Under the pieces are notes generated by a model, which was not told the DNA's origin, did no database searches, and was given only the letters and a program-made list of their open reading frames with translations. A DNA stretch of 63,022 nucleotides, the filler included, from Sluysia triapertura (Eukaryota): NCBI GenBank assembly GCA_046118255.1. It is 5 parts of 5 records of this genome, joined end to end, with 100 filler letters (N's around TTAATTAATTAA, not from the genome) between each part and the next. Parts side by side here need not be neighbours in the genome. Positions count along the whole stretch, not along the records: positions 13,495 to 27,607 come from JBJNIA010005666.1; 4 more parts are not named here. One strand, written 5' to 3'. Below, one piece after another: positions 13,495-24,835 of this stretch. The first letter of the stretch is position 1. The number at the start of each line of letters is the position of its first letter. The position numbers and the translations under genes were made by a program.

Positions 13495-14855
13495 TTGCAT
13501 CATAAATCACATATTCATCCACATCTTCCATTTTATTTAAATATCTTGGACATGATTTCTTAACTGATTTACTTACTAGATTTTCATGATTTTGGATCAT
13601 TATTAGTCTGGTTGTGAGCATCGTAACTTGTAAATAATTAACTGATAATTGTCTAGACGTTTTGTCTGGAATTTGTTTAATTTTGTCTAATTTTTAATTG
13701 AAAATTGTCTGAACTGCTAATTATCTGAAATTTGTTTTTTGAGTATAACAATCTATTGAGAATTGAGTCTAGACAGGAATTTTTAAATTGTGACTAAACA
13801 TATAATTTTTTAAGTGTGCTGAACAAAATCTTTTTTAATTGAGTTGCTAATTTTAACTAGTCTGCCAAATCAGAGTGTTTTAACGTTAATGAGAATAATT
13901 TGGACTCTGATTGGGCGATAATGAATTGATTTATATTTAACTGCAAACCATCATCAGTAGTGAGGTGCAAATGACTGAGATGAATGAGATGTCACTAATG
14001 ATGATGGTGACAACAAATTTTAATTTAAATCAATTTTTACAAAAATGATTAATAATAATAATAATACTAAAAACACTGTAATAATAATGATAATAATAAT
14101 AATAATGATGAAATTACTGTTATTATTATTATTACAAAACTTTTAATAAAAATAAAAGAAAAACGCATAAATCTTGCAAATCTTAGACATGAACTTTCTG
14201 TTATTCTTTATCTTTCTACATATATGAAATAAAAGGAATAAGACAAATGTTGTACTGTGAAGGAACAACAACTAAGTGTATGATGTATCGTTTGTGGTTG
14301 TTGCTTCACAGTATAATAATGAAATCTTTAAAGTTATTTGAAATTTAATTTGAAAATGTGAAATGGTTAAGGTTGCAAATGAAATGAAGAGTGTTAGAAT
14401 AATTTATTGAAACTTATTGAAACTTTATAATTTGAAACAAGATTTATACATTAAATTGAATGGTTTTAAATGCTTGTTGAAAGATTGAAGTTATTTTAAT
14501 TTTGAATGATGATTACAAAATAAGTCCTAGTATATTATAATGTTGTTACTGATAAGTATTAACGGTGAATATGTGTATGTGAAATGGGTTTGAGTTGGTG
14601 TGGTTGATTAAGGGTTTAGATGTAAATAACCTATGTTTCTGAAATAGTTGTTAGCGTTGTTTGAATGCTATTATATTTGTGAAATTTATACCGTGATTGT
14701 GATTATCGAATGTTGTATTTTGATGTTTGTGTTGGTGTATTTCGGAGGTAAAAGAAAATATGATTATTGTAAAGATTACGTTTTAGTGAAATTTGGTTTA
14801 TGTATATTAGATATGGTATTTTGATTGGGTTTGATTACGAGTGCTGATCACTACA
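13495..14855 (-). mobile_element. LTR-like end plus hairpin/CCAAT module plus start of a decayed orphan ORF, truncated by a gap
   Basis: Minus strand starts TGTAGTGATCAG, A/C-rich, AAGATTTATGCGTTT motif at ~14162-14176, hairpin 13947-14008, CCAAT inverted repeat 13864-13915, ORF remnant 13439-13621. Confidence 0.55.
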
Positions 14856-15244
14856 ATAAAAAATATAATTTATTAATGATTATACCCTTTAATTTGATTA
14901 TGACAAAAATATTTAATTATCACAAACGACATTTAATTTAAACAAAGTAATTTTAGGATATGACAGAAATATAACAACACTTAGTTTAATAATGAATTAA
15001 CTTTAAAATTATAACTTTTTAATAGCTAATAAAGTCACCATTCTTTACGATTTCAATAAATCTTAACTTTTGGTATAGTTATAGTTGAAAGATATGTTAT
15101 TTGTATTTTTATTTATAAAATGTTATAATTTTAATAAAGTTGTGATTAAAAACTTCCTTTATTGTATTTATATTATTATTAAATATTAACTCAAAATTTA
15201 AAATTTCATTATAAGCTATATTAACCATAAAACACATTGATGAA

Positions 15245-16220
15245 TTAAAGTTTTGGTATATAAACGTCTACTAGCCATGTTTTACTATCTGAAAAGATTT
15301 TAATAAAATCATTATCATTATCTAATATTAAATTAAATTTTACTTTATTAGAGTTTACATTATGATTGTTAGTTATAACTTCAGGAGTCGCCAACTTGAT
15401 GCTTTTAAATAGTTCCATGATTTGTCCATTGTTCATTCCGTTTTAGTATTCACATTTATTTCCATATTTTAAACAAACTCCTAAATCATTTGAAGAAAAT
15501 GGTCAGAAAGCAATGTCACTGATTGAATAATTCATTTTTATTTTAGCATTCTTGGACTTTATAATCTTTTTCATACACATGTAATTTATGGTCATTGTTA
15601 ATGACATTGGATCACTTTTAAATTTTTAATTTCTTTATTCATATTATCTTGATCACAGTTCATGTTTATCTGATGATCAAGAATCCAACTAATGTAAATT
15701 TTATAATATTTATAAAAATTATCAATTTTAATTTCTTTATAAACTTTTAAAATCATATTATTATATAATAATTTCACAATAAACATAGTATTATTTAGAA
15801 GAAGTTTTAGAAACATACTAATACTGTTTAAGTACTTATTGCCTTCAACATGACAATCAAAATAATGATTAACATGGTTACTATGTCTCAAGACTAGGCA
15901 TTCATTGGCTTGATAAAATTGCAGAAGAATGTTTTTACTTCTGCTGAGAGCATCCGAATTTCCTTGTTCGGCTTGAGGCGAGACTCCATCACCAAAAGAA
16001 TCTCTATCGATCATTGGTGACACTTCTTTAAGCACCATCATTAAAATTTTATCGGTTGCTAATTCTAATCCTAAATGTCTCAAAAATTCAACACGATGTT
16101 GATAAACCATTACTGATGATAATACATCAGTTATATTAGTTGAGCCAACAATATTTTCATCAGTATACAAGCCAACAAAATCCTCTTCAGCTAGACTCAA
16201 CACGATTTTGCATAATTTTG
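15245..16220 (-). pseudogene. Decayed intronless accessory gene with CCCH-like zinc finger (paralogue of 9544-10744)
   Basis: ORFs 15598-16203 and 15245-15436; between them *-x9-C-x6-C-x3-(N) at 15440-15505; shares DKIL, NHVN, E(K/Q)DY and NKV motifs in the same order as the 9544 gene. Confidence 0.55.
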
Positions 16221-16599
16221 ATCATAATTAATTACAAATTATTTTACCACGTTCAAATTTTTCCACTTTTATTTTTATTCTTTTTTGAGAAATATATATT
16301 TTTTGAATTATAAATTATTAATTTTTTGGCAACTTTTGTTATTACTCACTTTACTGATTGGTTATCCAACCAAATTTTCGAAATAATATTTTTGCACAAA
16401 TGATTTTGGTTGGATAACCAATGCAATCTGAGTATTAATTTTATCAAGCCAAAATAATCCAATTGAAGTAATCAACTGTGATGACTACCACCATCACCAG
16501 TGACTGCATAATTGTAAATGTAAAACAAAGTGTCACTGCTGATGATGCCGATAACACGACTGATTTTAGTCTACATGATTTTAATTTCATTTATACATG

Positions 16600-16810
16600 A
16601 TGATAATGATAATGATTAAATAGTAATAATAACAACAATAATAATATTATTATTATTAAAAATGAAAACGCATAATTTCTTGATTTATAGATCTTTATAT
16701 GTTACACATGATCTTTTCTTTATCTTGACTCTTTTCTCGACATATTTGGCCTACTCTAAATCTAAGATCTGTACTTAACTTCTTAAAAATTGCCTTGAAA
16801 AAGTGATTAC

Positions 16811-16856
<46 letters not shown>

Positions 16857-17445
16857 TAATAGAAGTGTAATCATTATTATTATTTCAATAAAATTGCATG
16901 ATTTTCTTGCTTTTAAACGTTATACAAGACCTTTCTTTGTTTGTTTTATGTTACTTAACATATCTAGGTTGTAGAAATGAAGAGATTTTTCGGTTTTGTG
17001 AATTTAAAGCGATAAGGTTTTTCTTTGTGACTTTACCTTCTTTTATATAATTGTTACTGGTATTCTGGCTGAAATAATTTTATTGTCTGAAGAATTATTA
17101 ATGCATAGATAGTTTTAAAACGAAAGCCTAGAATAAGGTTGATGTTAGAATGAGTAATGATGGTGTTTCGTTGTGAATGTTGATGTAATTAGGTTTTTTG
17201 GAATGGAAAGATGGAGAAATAAAATATTTTGAATTAAGATTTAATATGTTTTGATGGTTTGGAGCATTACTTTAGTTGGATATTGTGAGGTGTTGTGTAA
17301 GTGTTCTAGATGTATTTCTAGTTATGAGTTGATGGTGTTTTTTTATGAATTGACAGATTTGCGGTATATTAAGAAATAAATTTTTGTTTTGTGAATTTAT
17401 GATATTTTAATATATTTTGTTAAAGTTATATGTTTGGCCACCACA
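16600..17445 (-). mobile_element. LTR-like sequence of the strand-biased family
   Basis: Minus strand starts TGTGGTGGCCAAAC, A/C-rich, AAGAAA(T/A)T(T/C)ATGC-like motifs at ~16670 and ~16896, (AAT)n tracts. Confidence 0.55.
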
Positions 17446-18719
17446 TTACTAACTACTAAGTTTTAGCTAAATAGATTTTTCATCTTCTCAGGCTGATTTC
17501 TTTCCAAGCAGAAAGAATGACTGCTTTCAAATCCTTTACATTCGATAAACCTTCCGAACGAGTAAACCCAGGGTTTCTCAATGGGATGGCCAACTCAAAA
17601 CCCGAATTTGGTTATCTTAAAACCATTTTGTTGTCTCTTCGGAACAATGGATTGAACAATTGTCTTGTTGGAAGATCCAGTTTCGGCCTCTAATTTGACC
17701 TGCGACGAGGATGAGGAAGTCATTGAGTGTTTGAATATACTTCTGTGAGTTTTGTTTACTGTCTAAGAACACAGTTTCTTTTTTCCCATTCCAACCAAAG
17801 CCTGCCCAGACTATCACCGAAACACTTCCAAATCCATGTTTTTTGAAGTACTCCGGACTCTTCTTCAGGTCATGCCAGTAAAACTGACATCCATCGGGGC
17901 CATCAAGATTAAATTTTTTCTCGTCTCTGAATATAATTTGGTGTCATTTTAAAATTCATGATATGTACAATTGTGCCCATGTGACCCGTGCAGACTTTTG
18001 CACTGCTGTGAGTTTTGGTTTGGGCTTCCTCTTCTCATATCTTAAGTATTGGCAGTTGCCTACAACCCTTTGGACAGTTCTTATTGAACAAAGAAGCTGA
18101 TGGACCAATTTAATATGTTTTGGAGACATTTTTATCAGTGACGTCACGAAGAATGATCCTTTTGTCTCTCGATGTCAACTTTGGTTTCCGCCATCTTATT
18201 TTCTTGCCATAATTCTCGGGATCTTGAAGAAAGTGAGTGATTGTGCTTGCATCTCTGTTAATGCGACATCAACTTTCTCTTATTCCCAAATTTGTATCTC
18301 TATAGGCCGAAATTGGTCCAATTTCAATAGGTAATAATTGTTTCCCCTTTGGCAATTTAAAACAATTTTATTTGTCAAAATTTTTTAATTAAATATAAAA
18401 TAACTAACAAAAAATTATTTAAATAGAATATATTAAATAAAATTAATTACCTTTATTGACTAAAATTGACTAATTAATTAATGTATTAGTTAATTTTGTT
18501 ATAATTTTGTTATAATTAATGGTGTTATAATTTTGTCACATGTAAAAATCACATTTTAATTTTTAATTCAAATATGGCGCAGTAATTAGGTATTTATTTT
18601 AATAATATTTTACTTGTTTTCATACATGCTTCTAATAATAACATCAGAAATAAATATCATTAATAATTAATTAAAATAAAACAAAAAAACCACCGTTGTT
18701 ATATACCTGTTGTCCACTG
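17446..18719 (-). mobile_element. Tc1/mariner (Tc3-like) DNA transposon, degenerate
   Basis: TA-CAGTGG terminus at 18719-18721; transposase remnants LPKGKQL.., KPKLTAVQKSARVTWA, IFRDEKKFNLDGPDG, MIVWAGF, WIFQQDNCSIH. Confidence 0.9.
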
Positions 18720-19702
18720 TAATAGTTCAACAATCGTATGTAAAATGAAAGCTATAAACAAATTCATAAAACAATTTAAGTAGAAGAATACATTTATATC
18801 TTATAATAAATTTACGATACTTTCATTCTATCACACAAAAAACAACTAATTCAAGTATATTAGTAAATAGTTTTCAAGTGGGAAAACTATTTAGTCTTAT
18901 TATTCAGAGTTAAACTTCTAGAAATTTAAAGTATGTTTAGCTATGTTTGAGATTTTGTCATGAAGATCTTATCTCAAGTTACGAACTCATCGAAGTTGTA
19001 TTATACCCGGTCAAATAGCATTTTCTCGTTCAATTTTCATCTCAGTTATGTTTTACTATACGGCTTCAAGTTCTGACACAATAGATTATATCAGTGGTAA
19101 CCGAAAAATAAGGAGATGAATCTTTCATTTTTATATTATTTGTCATCTCAGTGTTTATTAGTATGTGTTTAATAAAAGGGTTTTATAATTATGTTAATTT
19201 TGTTAACTTAACATTTGATCAAATATATAAATTGTTTATATAAAATAATTTTTATAACTTAATCAGTATCATTTTCGTTAATTATATATCACAATTACAC
19301 TCGTTCAATGTCAACCTTTCATAACATCCCTTAACAGAATATTAAAATCAATATCACAAAATAAATTTTCCATTAAGTATAAAACATTAACCCCAAAAAA
19401 ATAACGAAGTATATTTTAAAATTAAAGCCTTTTGGGCCTTTGATTTTTTTACTGAAGAATGATTTTAAAAATGATTTTGATCCTTATTAAATCGGAGTTA
19501 AACGATTTTCAGTGTTTTAACTTCAAAAGTTAAAACGCCCTTAACAAAAAATAACTTACTGTTCAATAAAAACATTCCAGATAACATAATTGCTTGAAAC
19601 CGAGAATAACAAAATTATAAGTTACGTCCTTTGTTGTCTTTTGTTATTCACGAAAATTTCTAATTATTAATTGTGCTTTGTGATTCAACTACAGCAAATA
19701 AA

Positions 19703-19732
19703 ATTCTAGAATTTTCTAGATTATTCTAGAAA
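19703..19732. promoter_or_regulatory. Heat-shock-element-like array (6 alternating nTTCn/nGAAn units) inside a repeat homologous to 58680-59200
   Basis: TTC-TA-GAA-TT-TTC-TA-GAT-TA-TTC-TA-GAA. Confidence 0.6.
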
Positions 19733-20816
19733 ATTATTTTTCATAAAATTTTATTTTCTTTTTTCGAAAATTAACTTAATTTTAAAGAATTTAAAGGGCT
19801 TTGATGACAAACTAAAAATATTTACTTTTATTTTAAAATTATTTTGAATGGATTTTACTTTTCAAGACCAAAACATACACAATCATAGGCAAACATCTAC
19901 ACAATCCAACGCATTCCTTATAAATAAAATCTTAAACAAACTGAAACTCAATCTTTCACAAAATATCAAATCAACAACAATATGCATAAAACACAAACAC
20001 AATTTTTTATAATGTTACACACTTTAACAACTGTACGTTACTTTACAATCAAAATTTAATAGTGTTCAATTTAATGTCATTATTAAAAATATTGTTTCAA
20101 TATCATTATTGTTATTTGTGAACTTCTTGCAAATCTGTATGTGCATATATCTTTATTTTTTGCCCTTTTATATTGTCCATCGTTATATCGATTTTTATAA
20201 CTTAATTTCGCGCATTATTTTCGTTTTACAATGTTATTCTACGAGGTTTTAATTTTATTTTTAATTGTAAAATTATAAAATTCTACTAACAATAATGATG
20301 TTAAATAATAATAGTAATATTATTATTATTATTATGTATTTAATATTAGAATTTTAATTTCTTTTTATTATATTTTTATTTGCATTTTAGAAAATATGCA
20401 CAAATAATATTTTTACAGCTTTACAAATGGTTTTACAAATAATAGCATTACAGTTTCTTACAAAAATTATAATGTAGAAAATGTATCTAAGTTTACATTT
20501 TAAAATTGAATTTTATTTTTTTTTAGATATTGTGGAAAAACTCAAAAAGAATTATTGGAATTTGTAAGAGAAAATTATAGTACTAGACGTGAAAATTTTG
20601 TGAGGTAATTTATTTGTTAATGTTTAATGTTAACTTATTTCGTATAATGTTTTTTCTGCTTATTTATCTCTTTGTTTATGACATCGTTTTAGTTTTATTA
20701 TTCTCATTGATAATAATTACATATTTTATTATAGTAGTTAATAGATAGTTATCGAAGTGAATGTTTAGTTTAATATTGCTTTGTTTTTAATAATTTACAT
20801 CAAGATACAATCAGAT

Positions 20817-21079
20817 TGTGGTGATTCAAACCCTCATATATTACAATCACAAAAGAAATAAAGCTACTAAATAAACAACAAACTTGCATTTTAAAATTAC
20901 TTTTGCTTACTACTATCACTAATGCTATTTAATTATTTAATTATTATTAATTTCTATTATATTTTATTGTTAATCATATCATTAATATTATTATTGTTAT
21001 TACTACCATTATTATTATTATCATTATTATTATTAACTTAAATATTATTTATTTATATTATTATCACTATTATCAATAC

Positions 21080-21118
<39 letters not shown>

Positions 21119-24100
21119 TACTATTATATTTATTTATAATAAAAATACAAAATAAATTAATTAAAATAAACTTAAATTGGTTTCAGGACAAAATAATTTT
21201 TGGTTACTCAAATCAATTTTTATGCTATGTTTGTATGATTAGTCATAATGACCGTCGACATGGTACTAATAATAATTACACGATACTCTTAATATTAATT
21301 CACTTAAATTTATAAACTATTTTCGAAACTCTTCAATATCTAGAGATTACCGTTAGTCTGACACCATAAAACTTTTGCTTATTAAAGTTTTCCACTTTAC
21401 TTAGCTTTATGCCTCCTGCTTCTACAAATATTCATAATAACTGTAAAATATGTAAAATATTTTAAAAACTTTTTAAAATTAAATGACACAATTCAACAAA
21501 TCACCAAATTTCCATTTCAACATACGTAATCACCTTTAATCTTTTCAAAATCTCTAACCAACCTCTCAAACATTATTATCCACAATTGTAATAACCTCAC
21601 CTTCATATTCACTCAAACCACATCAGTCACATATATAAACTAAACGTACAATATAAAACACATTCCAAAACCACCTAATAAAATCCTCATTCATACTATG
21701 ACAACTAAATTCCAAATAAGTTCCATTAATAATAAGCACAAATTCAACACCACACGCAACAAAACTACATTTTACTTCAGATGAAGGTCCAGAATTTCCA
21801 AAATAGATACCTTTCCACCTACAGCATCAATGAAGAAACAAATTCTCGTGATACAAAATCCTAAAAATCACCTCTAAAATTAAAAATACCAACATTAACG
21901 TCTTTCACACTATCCAAACGACAAAACCGGCATCCTCCATTTATCTTTTCACAAGAATGTTTGGTTCTTGCATAATTCTCAACCTCTTCGTAGCAGTCGC
22001 ACCTTCCACAACATTTTCTACCCGGTAGTAGTAGAAACCCTACAGACATTAACATAGAGAATAAACTAGATAATGCACAATCTTAAATTAATGCCACAAT
22101 ACTCTTACCATTTTTTCCTCGATAATAGTAGTACTCCCAACACTTGGTGTATCGTTGAAGCAGATCTTAAAACACGTGAAATAAAGGAATTCTGCAGCGT
22201 ACTTTTTCCATTTAGGCCACAAATCCTTAAGAAAAAAGATGGTTCTATCAGGACATGCGGTGACTGTCGAATGCTAAATAATCCGTGCTGCTTCTTACCG
22301 ATATTTTACACCGTTTTCGCGACTACGTATATCGACGCCATCATAGTCGCGTCAAAAAATGTAACATATAGTGATCATCTGAACAAAATTTCCCAAAGAC
22401 TTGCGGACAATAAACATACTAAAACCGAAGAAATAAACATACAGGCGAAGATTGCATCTCTAGACCTAACATCTCTGCTGACGACACTGAACCTTTGCCA
22501 AGCCGCATAGAGTCCATAAGGAACTTTTCGCAACCTCTAACTGATATCCAAATGTTAAGCTATTTACCCAGACTTTTTCAAACGCTATCTCAAGTAATTA
22601 AATGGACCGAAACCTCATTACAAGCTTTCCAAGAGATTAAGGGTTCTATTGCCCAGATGCAAGATTTGGCCTTTCCATTTCCAGACATTCATCCATAACT
22701 AACTATTAACGCATCAAACACGGCATTAGATGTTGTTCACATCAAATCAAAATGACGTTCCCATACCCACAAAATTATATTCCTATAAGATACTCTGCTT
22801 TTGTTTGCGAACTCTTGTATATTTTCAATAATACACTACAGATATTTACTGATACCAGCGAAGTTTATCTTCAGGACTAACCGCAAGCCCTTGTTCACTT
22901 TTTCCATCGCCACAATAAGGGCACATTAGTTTTGATATTTAACACACCTGGGACACGAAAACGTGGTTGCCGACATGGTTATCACGGGTAAAGATTAATA
23001 GCATTAAGGTTTCACAATGGAAGATCTTCCTGGTAATCCCACTTCTGCCGAATATATTAACGTTTTAGAATAACAGCATTACTACGTGAAAGTATCTACA
23101 TCGATCATCAGCTTTTAGGAATTTCATGTCCAACCTCAGCTTTCGAATACATACATAACACAACACACCGTGGAGCTAAAGCTACGTATCAATTACTGCA
23201 TTTCAAGATCGTGTGGCCTTTTATGCACAAAGACTGCTTAACTTGTTAGTTCGTCAAGATTGTACGACATACAACATTGTCATTTACCCACAGGCCATTT
23301 ATATGGATATCTTTGATATCCTTCCATAGCATAGATTTTGAGTCTGAACTATTTAACAGTTTATTAAAACATCTGGGAAGTTATAGACTCAGAGCTACCG
23401 CCTATTACTCACAATCTAGCGGGATTATAAAACGATTCCTTAGAACGCGAGAAACCTCTCTGCGTTCCATTTCTTTTAAATTCTACCATTAATATTACTG
23501 GTATGGAGAAATATCAACAGTATCAACACTAAGATGTCCAACGAGGTATTTTCTCCGCATCTTCGAGAATATTTCTTCAACCTTGATGCGGTGCCAGCTC
23601 ATAACGATTCCTTACGTCTTTTTTGTCCTAAAGGAATTGCCGACAAAAGAATATGTTTGATTAACGCACGAAAATCCAACTTCTTTACAACTACGTTACT
23701 CGGGTCCCAATAAGGTTCTTAAAATATATTCCGACAACCAAACAGCAACTATTTCTGTCATAGGGCACTCGTGGACGGTAAACTGGTGCAAATTAAAGCC
23801 AGCACGACAACCAACTCACTCATTCACGTCTGTTTATCACATCGGCTTCATTCAATGATGCCCAACAATAATAAAATACAAGTTACAACAACAGATCAAA
23901 TTCATAGTAAACATTCAAGTTACAGTCCCATATTAATCATTTTGTCCTGCGTTTCAAAGGGGGTTGTGTGACGATTCAATAGAAATAAATAAATAACTAC
24001 TAAATAAACAACAAACTTACATTCAATTATCCATCATCTTACTTATTACAACTTTTACTATTACTATTTTTACTTACTAATATATTACTGCTATAACTAT

Positions 24101-24180
24101 TTCTAATTATTATAATTAGAATAATTATATTAATTATAATAATAATTATTAATTTCTCTTGTATTCTATTATCAATATTA
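20817..24180 (+). mobile_element. Two-LTR Ty3/Gypsy retrotransposon, heavily deleted and degenerate
   Basis: 5' LTR ~20817-21247 (TGTGGTGATTCAA...GTCATA) and 3' LTR from ~23968 (TGTGACGATTCAA) share CTACTAAATAAACAACAAACTT; PPT AAAGGGGG before the 3' LTR; pol motifs KKDGSIRTCGDCRMLN, YIDAIIVAS, WTETSLQAFQEIK, INASNTA, YSAF..ELL, GHENVVAD, H..HRGAKAT..VWP..C..C, FESELF..TAYYSQSSGIIKRF. Confidence 0.88.
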
Positions 24181-24185
24181 TTATT

Positions 24186-24250
<65 letters not shown>
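24180..24250. repeat. (CAT)n microsatellite; (AAT)n tracts also at ~16812, 21080, 27538, 45232, 52470, 53739, 59232
   Basis: Directly visible trinucleotide runs. Confidence 0.95.
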
Positions 24251-24252
<2 letters not shown>

Positions 24253-24309
24253 ATTTCAGGTCTGGATAGTGGATCCATACAATATTTAATATTAATGTTA
24301 TTATTTAGC

Positions 24310-24835
24310 TATGTGATATTTGTTATGCGGATGACTATTTCATATCTAAATATCGAAAATTCAATTTAATTATTCAGTAAAAACGTTAGTAATTATTGAT
24401 ATCTTACAACTGTTTAATATCATTGTATATCTAATGTAAATTTAGCGATGAAATACATTGAATTTAGTAATTATTTATAGACCAAAAATTAGTACAAATA
24501 TGAGGTAAAGTTTATAAAGTTTACTATAACGAAGCTTTGTTACTATTTGGTGAAGATTTAATAAAGAAGATTTGCTATCATCTAGTTGAACACAAAAACT
24601 GAAACGTCATTATATAAGGTAACTTATTAATTTTTGGTCTATAATATATATTTTCTTTTAAACTTTTTATTATTATATTATCTAACCTTAATCTAGTTAA
24701 TCGATTTAATTGAATTGCTGTCATAAAATTAGTGTATTTGATCTCACTTATTTTTTCTTTGCATAAAAATTGAAAGGGAATGAGAATAAAGTTCCACAGG
24801 TAGAATAAAGTAGAATAAGTTTTATAAAATTTCAT
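24310..24835 (-). pseudogene. Decayed secreted LRR-like gene
   Basis: Hydrophobic N-terminus then LNRLTRLRLDNIIIKSLKENIY (LxxLxxLxLxN), downstream KLYKLYL and FRYLDM repeats in broken frames. Confidence 0.4.

Noticed and set aside
17430-17450. TGTGGTGGCCAAAC as only the Tc1 transposase C-terminus (GGxTxY)
   Set aside because: Ambiguous, but the sequence beyond it has the A/C bias and motifs of the LTR family and no Tc1 right TIR follows, so it was treated as an LTR terminus.
24039-24278. Poly-Asp/Ile ORF (likewise 52086-52563 and 53622-53840)
   Set aside because: Translations of microsatellites or N runs.
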